Virus record (IMG/VR): IMGVR_UViG_3300034102_002265
Location: 1 to 64,000 of that record
DNA: 64,000 bases
From: a virus
Reading direction: 5' to 3' (one strand)
This document shows positions 28,119 through 37,800 of the stretch, one piece after another. The notes beneath the pieces were generated by a model, which had not been told where the DNA came from, ran no database searches, and saw nothing but the letters and a program-made list of their open reading frames with translations. How positions within the stretch are numbered: position 1 is the stretch's first letter; every line of letters begins with the position of its first letter. Position numbers and translations under genes: made by a program.

Positions 28119-28470
28119 CTATTCTATCAAAAAAAATTAATCTTTTTGCAAACTGAGATCCAATTACTGGTTTATTTTTCCAATCAGAACCTACTATCAT
28201 TATATCTGGATTGAACCCTTTTATCAATTCTTCCAACTCTTTATCATTAGAAAAAGTCTCAACCTGATCTACAGGTTTTAACATATTCAAGAAAAATCTT
28301 CTTTCATCTTGATTGTGTATTGGTCTAGATGTTCCTTTCTTTTCCTTTACCCGTTCGTCGTCATCAATAGCAACTATTAAATAATCACCATAAGATTTTG
28401 CAAAATTCAAAAGTTGTAAGTGGCCTACATGAAGGACATCAAAGGTTCCATTAACAAATATTTTTTTCAT
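28069..28470 (-). CDS. hldC: Heptose-1-phosphate nucleotidyltransferase (HldE/RfaE domain II)
   Basis: NGTFDVLHVGH (HxGH), LIVAIDDD, KGTSRPI, GSDW, YSSTKII. Confidence 0.85.
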   Translation of the reverse strand: MKKIFVNGTFDVLHVGHLQLLNFAKSYGDYLIVAIDDDERVKEKKGTSRPIHNQDERRFFLNMLKPVDQVETFSNDKELEELIKGFNPDIMIVGSDWKNKPVIGSQFAKRLIFFDRIDEYSSTKIIQSIIDRR

Positions 28471-30161
28471 TCGTTAGGAACTTTAACCAATTTTTGAATT
28501 TCGGGAAGATACATATATTCAATATCACTATTCTGAAGGGTATCAATTGCATCAACAATAGTTTCTACAAGAGGATCTCCGCCAAGATTGAATGAAGTAT
28601 TGAAGAGGATGGGAACATCACTCAATTTTTCAAAAGCATCAATAAGTCTATAATAATGATCATTCTGATCTTTTGTAACCGTTTGAATTCTACAAGTTCC
28701 ATCAACGTGAATTACTGAGGGAATTTTTTCTTCAACGCCAGGTAGACAATCTACAGCATACATCATATGAGGAGATTCTTCTCTTCCAGCAATATCAAAC
28801 CATTCATTCACTTTCTCTTTGAGAATTGTACAAGCAAATGGACGGAAGAACTCACGACGCTTAACTTGGTTTACGAGATCCTTGCCATTTTGAATGGTGG
28901 GATCAAAGAGAATTGAACGATTTCCTAGTGCTCTAGGTCCACCCTCTGAACGACCTTGGAAGATAGTAACAATATTACCATCACGAATAAGTTTTGCTAC
29001 CTCGTTATAAGTTGTGGGTTGAACATCCAGTCCTTCTAAATACTCTTCATAAGTTTCTGGATCATACTGAGGGCCATAATAAATTGAAGACTGTCTTTCA
29101 AATGGAGTTTCCATTTCAGTTATTTGTGCATGAGTATATTTTGCACCACCAATAGATGTTCCTCCATCATGGGAGATTGGTTCGCAGTAAATATTGAGAT
29201 CTGGGAATTCTTTCCAATACTTGTAGTTGGCAACACAATTTAGACCATAACCACCGCAGACAACGATATTAGTTTCACCAGTTTCTTCGTGAGCTTTACG
29301 AATGAGATCAATCATTCGGGTTTCAGTTTCCTTTTGTACTAAGAACGCTAAATCTTTTTGAATTTGAGTGTATTCACCTTTAGAATGATTTTTTACATCT
29401 TCGGAAAGAATATCATATCTTTGGTGATTTATTTTAGACCCATTTGGATAATTGGGTACAAATACTTCACGATTTGCCCACCCATTCCTAAAAAGTTCAG
29501 GAAGATCTTGATTTTCTTTTCCATATGGAGACAATCCCATTGTTTTTCCAGCATCTATGGAAGAAAATCCACAATACTCAGTTACCGCTTCATATGTTTT
29601 TGTTAGTCCTGGATATTCTGTGAGAATATATTTCCCATCCTCATCCAATTTAATAATACCGATACTTTCTTTGGATCCAAAATGTTTGTAAACAGAATCG
29701 AACTCTAATGGATATTTTGCTTTAAATATAGATTCAAATTCGTAAATGACTCCTGGACAAGCATCAGTCTGTAAGAAACTTCCAGCACCATCAGCAATCA
29801 CACACGCTGCAGTTTCAAATCCAGAATTTAAAAATGCACAAGCAGCGTGCATTTCATGATGTTTTGTGTCAATAAAATGAGTTTGATATTCAAATTTCTT
29901 TCTAGAAAGTTTTCTTATCCAACCATGATACAGATCTTCCCCAGTCCAATCTAGTTCAGGTCCGTTTCTATGAGTATGACATATTACTAAATGGTCAATA
30001 TGGTCTACATATTCAAATACTTTTAGTAGTCCTAGAAGTGGACTTCCATCGTGTTTCCAACGAGAAAGTCTTTCCTCTTCAACATAAAAAATTACTTCAC
30101 CATCAATCATCAGAGTTGTGCTTGCATTGTGTCCGCGAGCACAGGAAACAATAATACTCAT
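28467..30161 (-). CDS. O-carbamoyltransferase, NodU/CmcH/TobZ family
   Basis: GHNAS, EEERLSR, HHEMHA, DGAG, GKTMGLSPYG, GGYGLNCVAN, GPRALGNRS, KRREFFRPFA, HVDGTCRIQTV, NTSFN. Confidence 0.93.
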   Translation of the reverse strand: MSIIVSCARGHNASTTLMIDGEVIFYVEEERLSRWKHDGSPLLGLLKVFEYVDHIDHLVICHTHRNGPELDWTGEDLYHGWIRKLSRKKFEYQTHFIDTKHHEMHAACAFLNSGFETAACVIADGAGSFLQTDACPGVIYEFESIFKAKYPLEFDSVYKHFGSKESIGIIKLDEDGKYILTEYPGLTKTYEAVTEYCGFSSIDAGKTMGLSPYGKENQDLPELFRNGWANREVFVPNYPNGSKINHQRYDILSEDVKNHSKGEYTQIQKDLAFLVQKETETRMIDLIRKAHEETGETNIVVCGGYGLNCVANYKYWKEFPDLNIYCEPISHDGGTSIGGAKYTHAQITEMETPFERQSSIYYGPQYDPETYEEYLEGLDVQPTTYNEVAKLIRDGNIVTIFQGRSEGGPRALGNRSILFDPTIQNGKDLVNQVKRREFFRPFACTILKEKVNEWFDIAGREESPHMMYAVDCLPGVEEKIPSVIHVDGTCRIQTVTKDQNDHYYRLIDAFEKLSDVPILFNTSFNLGGDPLVETIVDAIDTLQNSDIEYMYLPEIQKLVKVPNE

Positions 30162-30170
30162 AATTTTACC

Positions 30171-31253
30171 TCAATTTTTAATGTCGTTTAATTCCAGAAT
30201 TTGATCAATTGTTTTTTTCTTGGTTGGTTTTGGTTTTTGGAATCCAGGCATTACACTTGGATTTATCGGAAGATTATTTTGACTTGTTCCATTTTTTGAT
30301 ACACCTGATAAATTCAATGTATCATTATTGACCTTACTTACGCCAATTTTATCTTTAATTGATTTGGAAATTTCTTTTATTCTTTCATTACTTAAAATCA
30401 TCAAATCTTCATTATTTCTATCATATTGATCTTCAAAACTTATTCTTATTGGGCTATATTTCCTTCTATTTTTTCCATTATCTACGATATGGAAATTTTT
30501 ATTATTTGGATAGGAAATATTTTCAGGATAAGTTGAACCTATAACTACAGTACTTGGTTTGTTCAATGCATATGCAATGTGTTGACCCATGCTGTCACAT
30601 CCCAGAAAATAGTCGGCAGCATTAATTATACCACCCCATTGTGTAATTGGTACATTCTGAGGACAAGCGACTCCAAGTTTATCCCAATCTGGAATTGGAA
30701 TTTGTGTCATTAAGATGACGCCATAATTTTTCTTCAATTCATCAATAACTTTGTATATATCCGAAAGTTCAAAACTTCTACCTGTGACATCATAAGTAAA
30801 TTTTCCTTCAACTTTTGCAGAACTGCCAAAAGGTTGAAAAACTACAATTTTATCTTTTTTTAGAACTTCTCTTACTTCTTCTACTAGATTATATCCGAAT
30901 ATTTGTTCTTGTTTGTTTAATTCTAAATTAATTTTTTTAGTATCTGGTATATGATTCAGTTCATTGATTAATATATCAAATGCTTGAATCAAATTACACT
31001 CTTGAGTGAAATATGCATTGAGTCTATAGGGTTCTGGACTTACAATTTCCTTATCAAGTAAAAGCGACTCAAATAAATTTTTATGATTAATAGGATAAAC
31101 TTTATCCCTTAGTACTTTACTACAGGAATAAAATTCTCCCCATGATTCGGCAACGACTATAAAATCGTCATGTCTTTTGGCATATTCTTCCAAAGCGGGT
31201 ATGGAACAAAGGACCCTACCCGCACCACCATTGATGAAAAATGCTTTATTCAT
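30171..31253 (-). CDS. GT-B glycosyltransferase resembling GT9 (ADP-heptose heptosyltransferase)
   Basis: N-terminal GGAGRVLCSIPAL (cf. GxGD..xxxPal), VFQPFGS, C-terminal ADYFLGCDSMGQHIAYALNKPSTVVIGST (cf. GT9 DSGxxHxAxAxxxP). Confidence 0.78.
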   Translation of the reverse strand: MNKAFFINGGAGRVLCSIPALEEYAKRHDDFIVVAESWGEFYSCSKVLRDKVYPINHKNLFESLLLDKEIVSPEPYRLNAYFTQECNLIQAFDILINELNHIPDTKKINLELNKQEQIFGYNLVEEVREVLKKDKIVVFQPFGSSAKVEGKFTYDVTGRSFELSDIYKVIDELKKNYGVILMTQIPIPDWDKLGVACPQNVPITQWGGIINAADYFLGCDSMGQHIAYALNKPSTVVIGSTYPENISYPNNKNFHIVDNGKNRRKYSPIRISFEDQYDRNNEDLMILSNERIKEISKSIKDKIGVSKVNNDTLNLSGVSKNGTSQNNLPINPSVMPGFQKPKPTKKKTIDQILELNDIKN

Positions 31254-31295
31254 TAATATTGTCCACCTTTAATAATTAAACTCGTTATACTCAGT

Positions 31296-31302
31296 TATTT
31301 AT
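31296..31302 (-). promoter_or_regulatory. Late promoter (ATAAATA) heading the GT9-carbamoyltransferase-heptose operon
   Basis: AAATAAATAAC about 45 nt upstream of the GT9 ATG; AAGGTGG ribosome-binding site. Confidence 0.65.
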
Positions 31303-31332
31303 TTTACTACTTTTGGAGTGTTTTATCAAATG

Positions 31333-32397
31333 TTATTTAAAGCAAATACAAACCAATCCCATTTTACCAGAACAATCCCCATACATACCAACCGCACCAC
31401 CAAAAGCACTTGAAGGCCAACCACCCGCACTAGGAACTCTTAATCTGCCACAACATGCTTGGTTAGCCGAACCGCAACAGATACCATCATAGAAAACTGT
31501 ACACTGAGACTCGGAAAGGAATCCAAAAACTGGTGGGTGACAGTAACAAGCCGCATTATTATTACCGCAACTGCATAGAGATGAGAACATTCCTTTTATT
31601 CCATATATCGAGCCAACAGGAGATGATCCATAATAATTTGCTCCAGGGGTGAATGGATGAATGCAGCATACGCCAACACCAGTTGCTGACCAACATCCAA
31701 AACTACCTCCCCCACAAACAGCGTATCCACATCCTTGACTACATTTTGATCCAAAATAACAAGAAGATACGGCATATCTGCCATTACATACCATCCACTT
31801 ACCCAGTTCCCCAATACCACCATCTACACAGAAATTGCATAATCCCGGTCCTTGAACGAAGGATTTATCTCCGTCTGGTCTATGGCAACCATATGTACAG
31901 TATGCACAAATTCTTGGAGCACATCCACTATGGATTGTATAAGTTGCTCCAGCTGTTACAGGAATAATAAGTGATGCATATGCACCAGTTCCACCAAAAG
32001 GAGATATAGAACAACACATTCCTCCACTACCAGAACCAGATCCAGCACCCCAAATCTGGAATCTTGCACAAGTTACTCCACTAGGAACAGTCCAAGTACA
32101 ATCCTTACCCTGAGAGAAATATTGATTAACAACACCATCATCCCCACAAACAGTAAATCCACCAGTCCATCCGGAACCAGCTGCTACACAAGACCAAAGA
32201 CTTGTTTGAGCTGGATTTGCTAGTAATGAAGGTTCTATGCACCGAACCCAACAACTATATTCAGGAGTAAACAAACTTGCAGAAACCGCAAGAGCAGTAG
32301 TTTGGGGTCCTTTTACAGCTATGCAAGCGCTCTTTTCGGAAACTTGAGTAGTTAAATAGTCTTTTGCATTTTCTGCACTGTATCTTAATACATCCAT
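31333..32397 (-). CDS. Cys/Gly-rich fibre or receptor-binding-like protein (paralogue 2)
   Basis: About 35 Cys in 354 aa; CTWTVPSGVTCARFQIWGAG glycine-rich phage domain. Confidence 0.75.
   Translation of the reverse strand: MDVLRYSAENAKDYLTTQVSEKSACIAVKGPQTTALAVSASLFTPEYSCWVRCIEPSLLANPAQTSLWSCVAAGSGWTGGFTVCGDDGVVNQYFSQGKDCTWTVPSGVTCARFQIWGAGSGSGSGGMCCSISPFGGTGAYASLIIPVTAGATYTIHSGCAPRICAYCTYGCHRPDGDKSFVQGPGLCNFCVDGGIGELGKWMVCNGRYAVSSCYFGSKCSQGCGYAVCGGGSFGCWSATGVGVCCIHPFTPGANYYGSSPVGSIYGIKGMFSSLCSCGNNNAACYCHPPVFGFLSESQCTVFYDGICCGSANQACCGRLRVPSAGGWPSSAFGGAVGMYGDCSGKMGLVCICFK
32042..32074. repeat. 33-bp exact direct repeat shared by the two Cys-rich genes (second copy 33898-33930)
   Basis: ccagcaccccaaatctggaatcttgcacaagtt at both positions. 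Confidence 0.9.
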
Positions 32398-32403
32398 GGA
32401 ATT

Positions 32404-33063
32404 TTACTGGTAATTTTTTAGAAGGTCTTGTATTTTTTCAGGAATCGGAAAAACTGATTCAAGAACATTATCAAAATTTGTATATTTCCAACTCATAAAA
32501 TATGGATTTTCTTCTATATACTTATCTATATCTTTTACGACTTCTGAAATTTGATCTAATAAGTCTAAAGAAACATCTTGGTCTTCACCTTTTTCTTTTT
32601 TTCCTTCTTCATTACTTAAAATAAAACCCAATCTATTACGAATAGCAGTTAAATTCAAAGTCACATAATTATCAAGATTATTTTTTGCAATCAGATTTAA
32701 TTTAATTGATTTTAATTCTGAGTCATAAACAGCGTCATAACAATCCAGTAAAGTTGGATTTTTTATTTTTTGATAAATATCTCCATTTTCCATAATCTCC
32801 TCTTCATATTCATATTCATGATTTTCTAAAAGATTTGTCAAATAATAACAAATTTCTGGTTGTTGTTCAGCATTAATTTTGATTAAACTGCAAGAATCAA
32901 CATCGTAATGTTCTGGATTAATGCCATTAATAATGCCAGTAGGGGTGTGAACCAATACATTTATGTATTTTGGTCCATCATAAGTTAAAGAAATTTCTTT
33001 CCCTTCATCAAAAGAATTGATATAAAGTTCATCTGGCATTGGATAGGAAAATGTTTTTATCAT
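32404..33063 (-). CDS. Hypothetical protein between the Cys-rich paralogues (possible fibre chaperone)
   Basis: Acidic 219-aa ORF with its own ATAAATA at 33085-33091; function inferred from position only. Confidence 0.6.
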   Translation of the reverse strand: MIKTFSYPMPDELYINSFDEGKEISLTYDGPKYINVLVHTPTGIINGINPEHYDVDSCSLIKINAEQQPEICYYLTNLLENHEYEYEEEIMENGDIYQKIKNPTLLDCYDAVYDSELKSIKLNLIAKNNLDNYVTLNLTAIRNRLGFILSNEEGKKEKGEDQDVSLDLLDQISEVVKDIDKYIEENPYFMSWKYTNFDNVLESVFPIPEKIQDLLKNYQ

Positions 33064-33104
33064 GACTCAATAAAAATTTTTAGTTATTTATTAAAAGAAA
33101 CCGA

Positions 33105-34220
33105 TTATTTAAAGCAAACACAAACCATTCCCATTCTACCGGCATCACCACAAATCGATAAACAACCACCAGCAACTTGCATCGCAAAACCACCAGAACC
33201 AGGAAGTAAAAGAGATGCAAGTACTGCACCAAAAGTAGCGCTAGCCGAACAGTAGTTTCCACCACAACTGGTGGAACTACTGAGAGAAAATACGCACTGT
33301 GAAGATGATTCGAATCCATAAATTGGTGGATTTTTGTGATACCCACATTTACAGTAGTGGGCCATACAACTCTCTCCATATGCACCAGCAATACCATAAA
33401 CAGTTCCACCTGTAGCTGAACCATAAGATAATGCTGAAGAATGGTACGCAGGAAGCATCATGTGGGGATTACTTGAAAATCCACTTCCACAACACTGGAT
33501 AGTAGGAACTGCTTCATTGAATGGAGTACTAATCGTTGTAGAACAGAAACTAGATCCAGTACCACAAATGCAATATCCAAGAAATGACTGACAAGTATAT
33601 GCAGGTCTAGCGTCTATAATACCAGTTTTATAATAATAAACATCTCTATCAATCATTTGTTGACAAAGATTTCCTATTCCACCCATGGCACAGAAGTTTG
33701 TTAGTCCAGGCCCAGTGATATAAGAAGCACAACCATTTCCATTACTTATACAGTTCCAACATCCATAACAACATAGAGCGCAACCAGCACAAAGAATATA
33801 TTGACATCCAGCAGTTACAGGCATAATAACTGATGCATAAGCTCCACTTCCACCAAAAGGTGATCCTCCACAACAACCAGCAGCACCAGAAGAACCACCA
33901 GCACCCCAAATCTGGAATCTTGCACAAGTTGCCCCACCAGGCACTGTCCATGTACAAGTAGCTCCACATCTAAAAAATCCAGAAGTATCGCAAACTTTAA
34001 ATCCAGAAGTCCATCCAGAACCAGTCTCTACACAAGCCCACAGTTCTGGTCTAGGAATTTTACCATTAATAATACTAGGAGCATTAGTATTAACAGTGGA
34101 CAAATAAGTGCTACAATTACTATTTAAAGTAGAAATACATGATGTTAAGGTATTATTGCAAGTCCTTAAAGGTTGATTTTGTTTATTTAAGGAGTTGTAT
34201 GCTAAAACGTCTATTGTCAT
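33105..34220 (-). CDS. Cys/Gly-rich fibre or receptor-binding-like protein (paralogue 1)
   Basis: About 36 Cys in 371 aa; CTWTVPGGATCARFQIWGAGG; C-terminal GRMGMVCVCFK. Confidence 0.75.
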   Translation of the reverse strand: MTIDVLAYNSLNKQNQPLRTCNNTLTSCISTLNSNCSTYLSTVNTNAPSIINGKIPRPELWACVETGSGWTSGFKVCDTSGFFRCGATCTWTVPGGATCARFQIWGAGGSSGAAGCCGGSPFGGSGAYASVIMPVTAGCQYILCAGCALCCYGCWNCISNGNGCASYITGPGLTNFCAMGGIGNLCQQMIDRDVYYYKTGIIDARPAYTCQSFLGYCICGTGSSFCSTTISTPFNEAVPTIQCCGSGFSSNPHMMLPAYHSSALSYGSATGGTVYGIAGAYGESCMAHYCKCGYHKNPPIYGFESSSQCVFSLSSSTSCGGNYCSASATFGAVLASLLLPGSGGFAMQVAGGCLSICGDAGRMGMVCVCFK

Positions 34221-34225
34221 TTTTA

Positions 34226-34501
34226 TTATGCCCTCGTTATAGAAGTTACATTTCCGGTGCCGGAGTCATAAGTTATAGTAACTGTATAACTAGATGATCC
34301 TATAGTTTCGATGTATCCCGTAATTTTATTTTCAGAATCATAAGTAATACTACTCAACCTCTTATCACCATAAGTTACAGAAGTCACTCTTCCTAGGCCA
34401 TCTTCAACTAAGTCAGAACTCCTAGTAAAAGGTCTTGTTCTAAAATTATAAGCCTCTTCATCAGGATTTCTAGATGGAATGTTTCCAATATACCTAGCCA
34501 T
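34226..34501 (-). CDS. Small beta-rich protein with three xTY[GD] (YD-like) hairpin repeats
   Basis: VTSVTYGD, LSSITYDS, VTITYDSG; MARYIGN start typical of small fibre-associated proteins. Confidence 0.65.
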   Translation of the reverse strand: MARYIGNIPSRNPDEEAYNFRTRPFTRSSDLVEDGLGRVTSVTYGDKRLSSITYDSENKITGYIETIGSSSYTVTITYDSGTGNVTSITRA

Positions 34502-34514
34502 TTAATTAGCCTCC

Positions 34515-34832
34515 TTACACAGCTTGAACAATGCCATAAACAGAAACCGAAACATTAGCATTGTTTGAATAAACAACAATGTTCTTGGTTGCAGTTAAAG
34601 TAACACCCGTTCTTTCCAAAACTCCATTGCCGGGAATAGTTGTATCATATTCAATCCACTCGGCATTAGTTGGGGTTCCTGAAGCTGATGCGGCAACTCT
34701 AACTACAGCAGCAGTTGTTCCTCTGTTTGCAATACTAATGTTCACTACTGCATAGTTACTTGCAGGAACTGTATAAACTGTAGTATTAGTTGTTGCGCTT
34801 GGTGCAGATTGAGATAAAATTGCAGAGGCCAT
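34515..34832 (-). CDS. Small structural/adaptor protein
   Basis: TTVYTVPA, WIEYD, GVLERTG; TATAAATA at 34860-34867. Confidence 0.7.
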   Translation of the reverse strand: MASAILSQSAPSATTNTTVYTVPASNYAVVNISIANRGTTAAVVRVAASASGTPTNAEWIEYDTTIPGNGVLERTGVTLTATKNIVVYSNNANVSVSVYGIVQAV

Positions 34833-34859
34833 TTCTAATCAGATAATTTTCCTTTAAAG

Positions 34860-34867
34860 TATTTATA
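34860..34867 (-). promoter_or_regulatory. Late promoter TATAAATA heading the Cys-rich cassette
   Basis: Exact consensus. Confidence 0.8.
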
Positions 34868-34884
34868 AACTTAATGAAAATAGT

Positions 34885-37800
34885 TTATGAAACTCCAATA
34901 AAATATGCAAATGCTTTAGCATCTTCTATAGCACCTTCCACATCAGCTCTACTTGTTCCACCTAAGAAATTAGCATTCAAATTAGTACATACTGTAGAAG
35001 AAGCAACAGAAACTGGTGCAGTTCCCTGAGCAACGTTAGATACAAATCTTGTTGCAGTTACGATGCCACTGATTGCAATACCATTATTGAATACAACGTT
35101 TCCAGTAAATGTTGGGTTAACCGTTTGGTTAAATGCAGTTCCGTTACCAAGAAGAATTGCGCCACTTGCTGGGAGTCCAGTTAAACCAGTTCCACCCTTA
35201 GTAATTGGAACAGCAGCAGATAAGTTTGCTGGATCAATATAATAAGAAGGCGATTGACTACCTAAAGTAGCAGCATCAATATCACCAGTAGTGGAATTCT
35301 TGATACTTACTTGACCGTCAACACCAACAGTAAATGTGGATGTCTTAAATCTAGCGACTCCAAGTGTAGAAAATGTATCTAAAGAAGAAGCGACACGATT
35401 TAGGGAGATATTAATATTTCCATAGTAAGTATTGACTCCTACACCACCTGGGGCAGAATCAAAACTTGTTGCAGTAACCTGGATTGGTTGGGTGGTTCCA
35501 ATTCCAACACTCTTAACTACTTTTTGGTAAGCTGAATTTCCTGCCAAGAATGTATCTTGAGTTGCAGATCCTGAACCAAGTCTTGTTGGAGAAACAGTTC
35601 CAGAAATAATATTAGAAGCATCAATATCAGACTTAGCGAGTAAAGACCAGTTACTATCTAAAGCAGAAGAAGTATTTACCGTCGCAGAGTATCTTACATT
35701 TTGTTTTGTTACAGTAAGTGTAGTTCCAACTCCAACTGTAGATATTCCTACAGCATTTAAAGTTACTCCATTAGCCGACTGAGTTGCATCAGATTGAGTT
35801 GTATGGAATGTAAATGCGTTGGTAGTTACTGATCCAACATAATAGAATCCACCTGTCGTAATTCCTGTTGGAGTTGCCCCAGTAACTTTAATTGCATCAC
35901 CAGATGCTAATCCATGATTAACAAATACTAAAGTATTTTTGTTTTCATCTATAGTATTTCTTATGAGGGAATGAGTTCCAGTTCCACTCGAAGTAAGTGA
36001 TATTGGTGAGGCAATTGCGTAAGTATTAAAAACTTGTACAGAACCAATACCAACTTTCTTAATGTAATAAGTATTTCCATTAATTAGACCACCAATTGAA
36101 TTACCACCATTATTTCTGTAAATAACTGGATCACCATCACCTAAGTTTGTATTGTCTATAATAATTCTATTATTAAAGAAGTCTACATTACCACCCGTAT
36201 TATAATCTGTTGGATCGAATGTTTTAGTTACGACAGTACTGAGATTAGTAGAAATAGCGACAGCGTTTCTATCTTGAATATAATCTGGAAGAGCCGTTGA
36301 TCCTGGGAATTTTTGGTTATTTGTGAGTTTTAAATATAGTCTAGTCTCTACATTCCCTATAGTAATCTGGAAATTAGATCCTCCAGTTCTACCACCAATT
36401 AGAGCTGGATTATTTAAAGTTAAAACATTCCCAGTAGCATAATATCTACCACCAGTACTGATAGCAACGTTTGAAACAGTTCCAGCTGCACTAACAGTAA
36501 CGGTAGCTGTAATACTTGTACCAATACCAGTTACTGAGTTTAGAGAAACACCTGTATAAATGCCTGGACTTGTATATCCCGATCCACCGCTAAGTGAAGT
36601 GAGATTGAGAGGGACACCCTTAACTAAACCTGTAGTTCCATATGCTACTGATGTTGGAGCAGTAACGATACCAATAGCGTTTCCAGCGGATAAAGCACTC
36701 GTAACAGTATCTCCATTCAAGAAATTATAATTTGTTGTTGGGGAATCTAAAATTAAATATTCTTGGATAGTATCTTGAACAAGGACATAAGAATTTTCTG
36801 GTTCAGCAGCAGTATCACCTTGTCTAATGTTTGCAGCAGGAATGTAGTTTACGAGAGAAGTTTTTCCACCAATTGTAGTAACAGTAATGAAATTAACCAC
36901 TTTTGGTGGAATTAAATCTGCATTAATTTGTCCAGATGCATTCAGTTGAACAATATTATTTGGAATAGCACTGGTACTTACTCTCTTATCAATAAAATCG
37001 CCTAAGCGATTATTCATGAATGTTCTTACTGCAAGTTGAGTGGATACTCTCTTATTCAGTGGTCCACCAATTTCAGTTTCACCTAAATTAACATCTGAGG
37101 AGAATTCTTCAATAACTGTACCACCAGAAAGACTCAATCTAAGTGAATCCAACTGACCAATTGTAACTTTATTATTGAAGATAATATTACCAGTTCTGTT
37201 ATATGCGGTAATAAAATCACCAATCTTAAAGTCACCTAGTTCATTAGTACCTGAGGAATATACTCTACCACCTTGTTCCGATACTTGTTCTGAAGAAGGA
37301 ATTGTTTTACCGCCATTTTGTGGTAAAGCATTATAGTCAATACCAGATCCAGAATATTCCCAAGTATGCGAAGAGGAGTTGATTATAGATGGTCTATGGA
37401 AGTGGAGTTTATATGTTTCTGGAAGATCTCCAATGTCTGGAATTACATTACCAGGTATAGTAGAGTCTACTTTTGTTTCTACAGTAAAATAAGTTGTAAT
37501 TCCAGCAACTGCAGTCACTCCTATCGATATTGGTGACGCAGTATGATCGGCAATTGGATTTGGTGAGGATGCAGAAAATAGATTTTTTATACCACCTACA
37601 GATTCTACAGAAACAATAAGACTTCTAGTAGATGACAAATAAGTTAATGCAATACCTACAGCAGTTCCACCACCAGCAAGAACTTGCGTTACTTCTCTAC
37701 CAGAAACAAACTTTAATGTAGAACTTGTAGATGCAAGACTTACTCTTTGATAGACATTATGTGCATCTATGATTTCATAAGCAAAGAAATCTTGATTGTT

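Noticed and set aside
25935-31253. Sugar and carbamoyl cluster as a DNA hypermodification system
   Set aside because: No base hydroxymethylase, nucleotide kinase or DNA-glycosyltransferase-type gene is adjacent, and it has a late promoter within structural genes. Disfavoured but not excluded.
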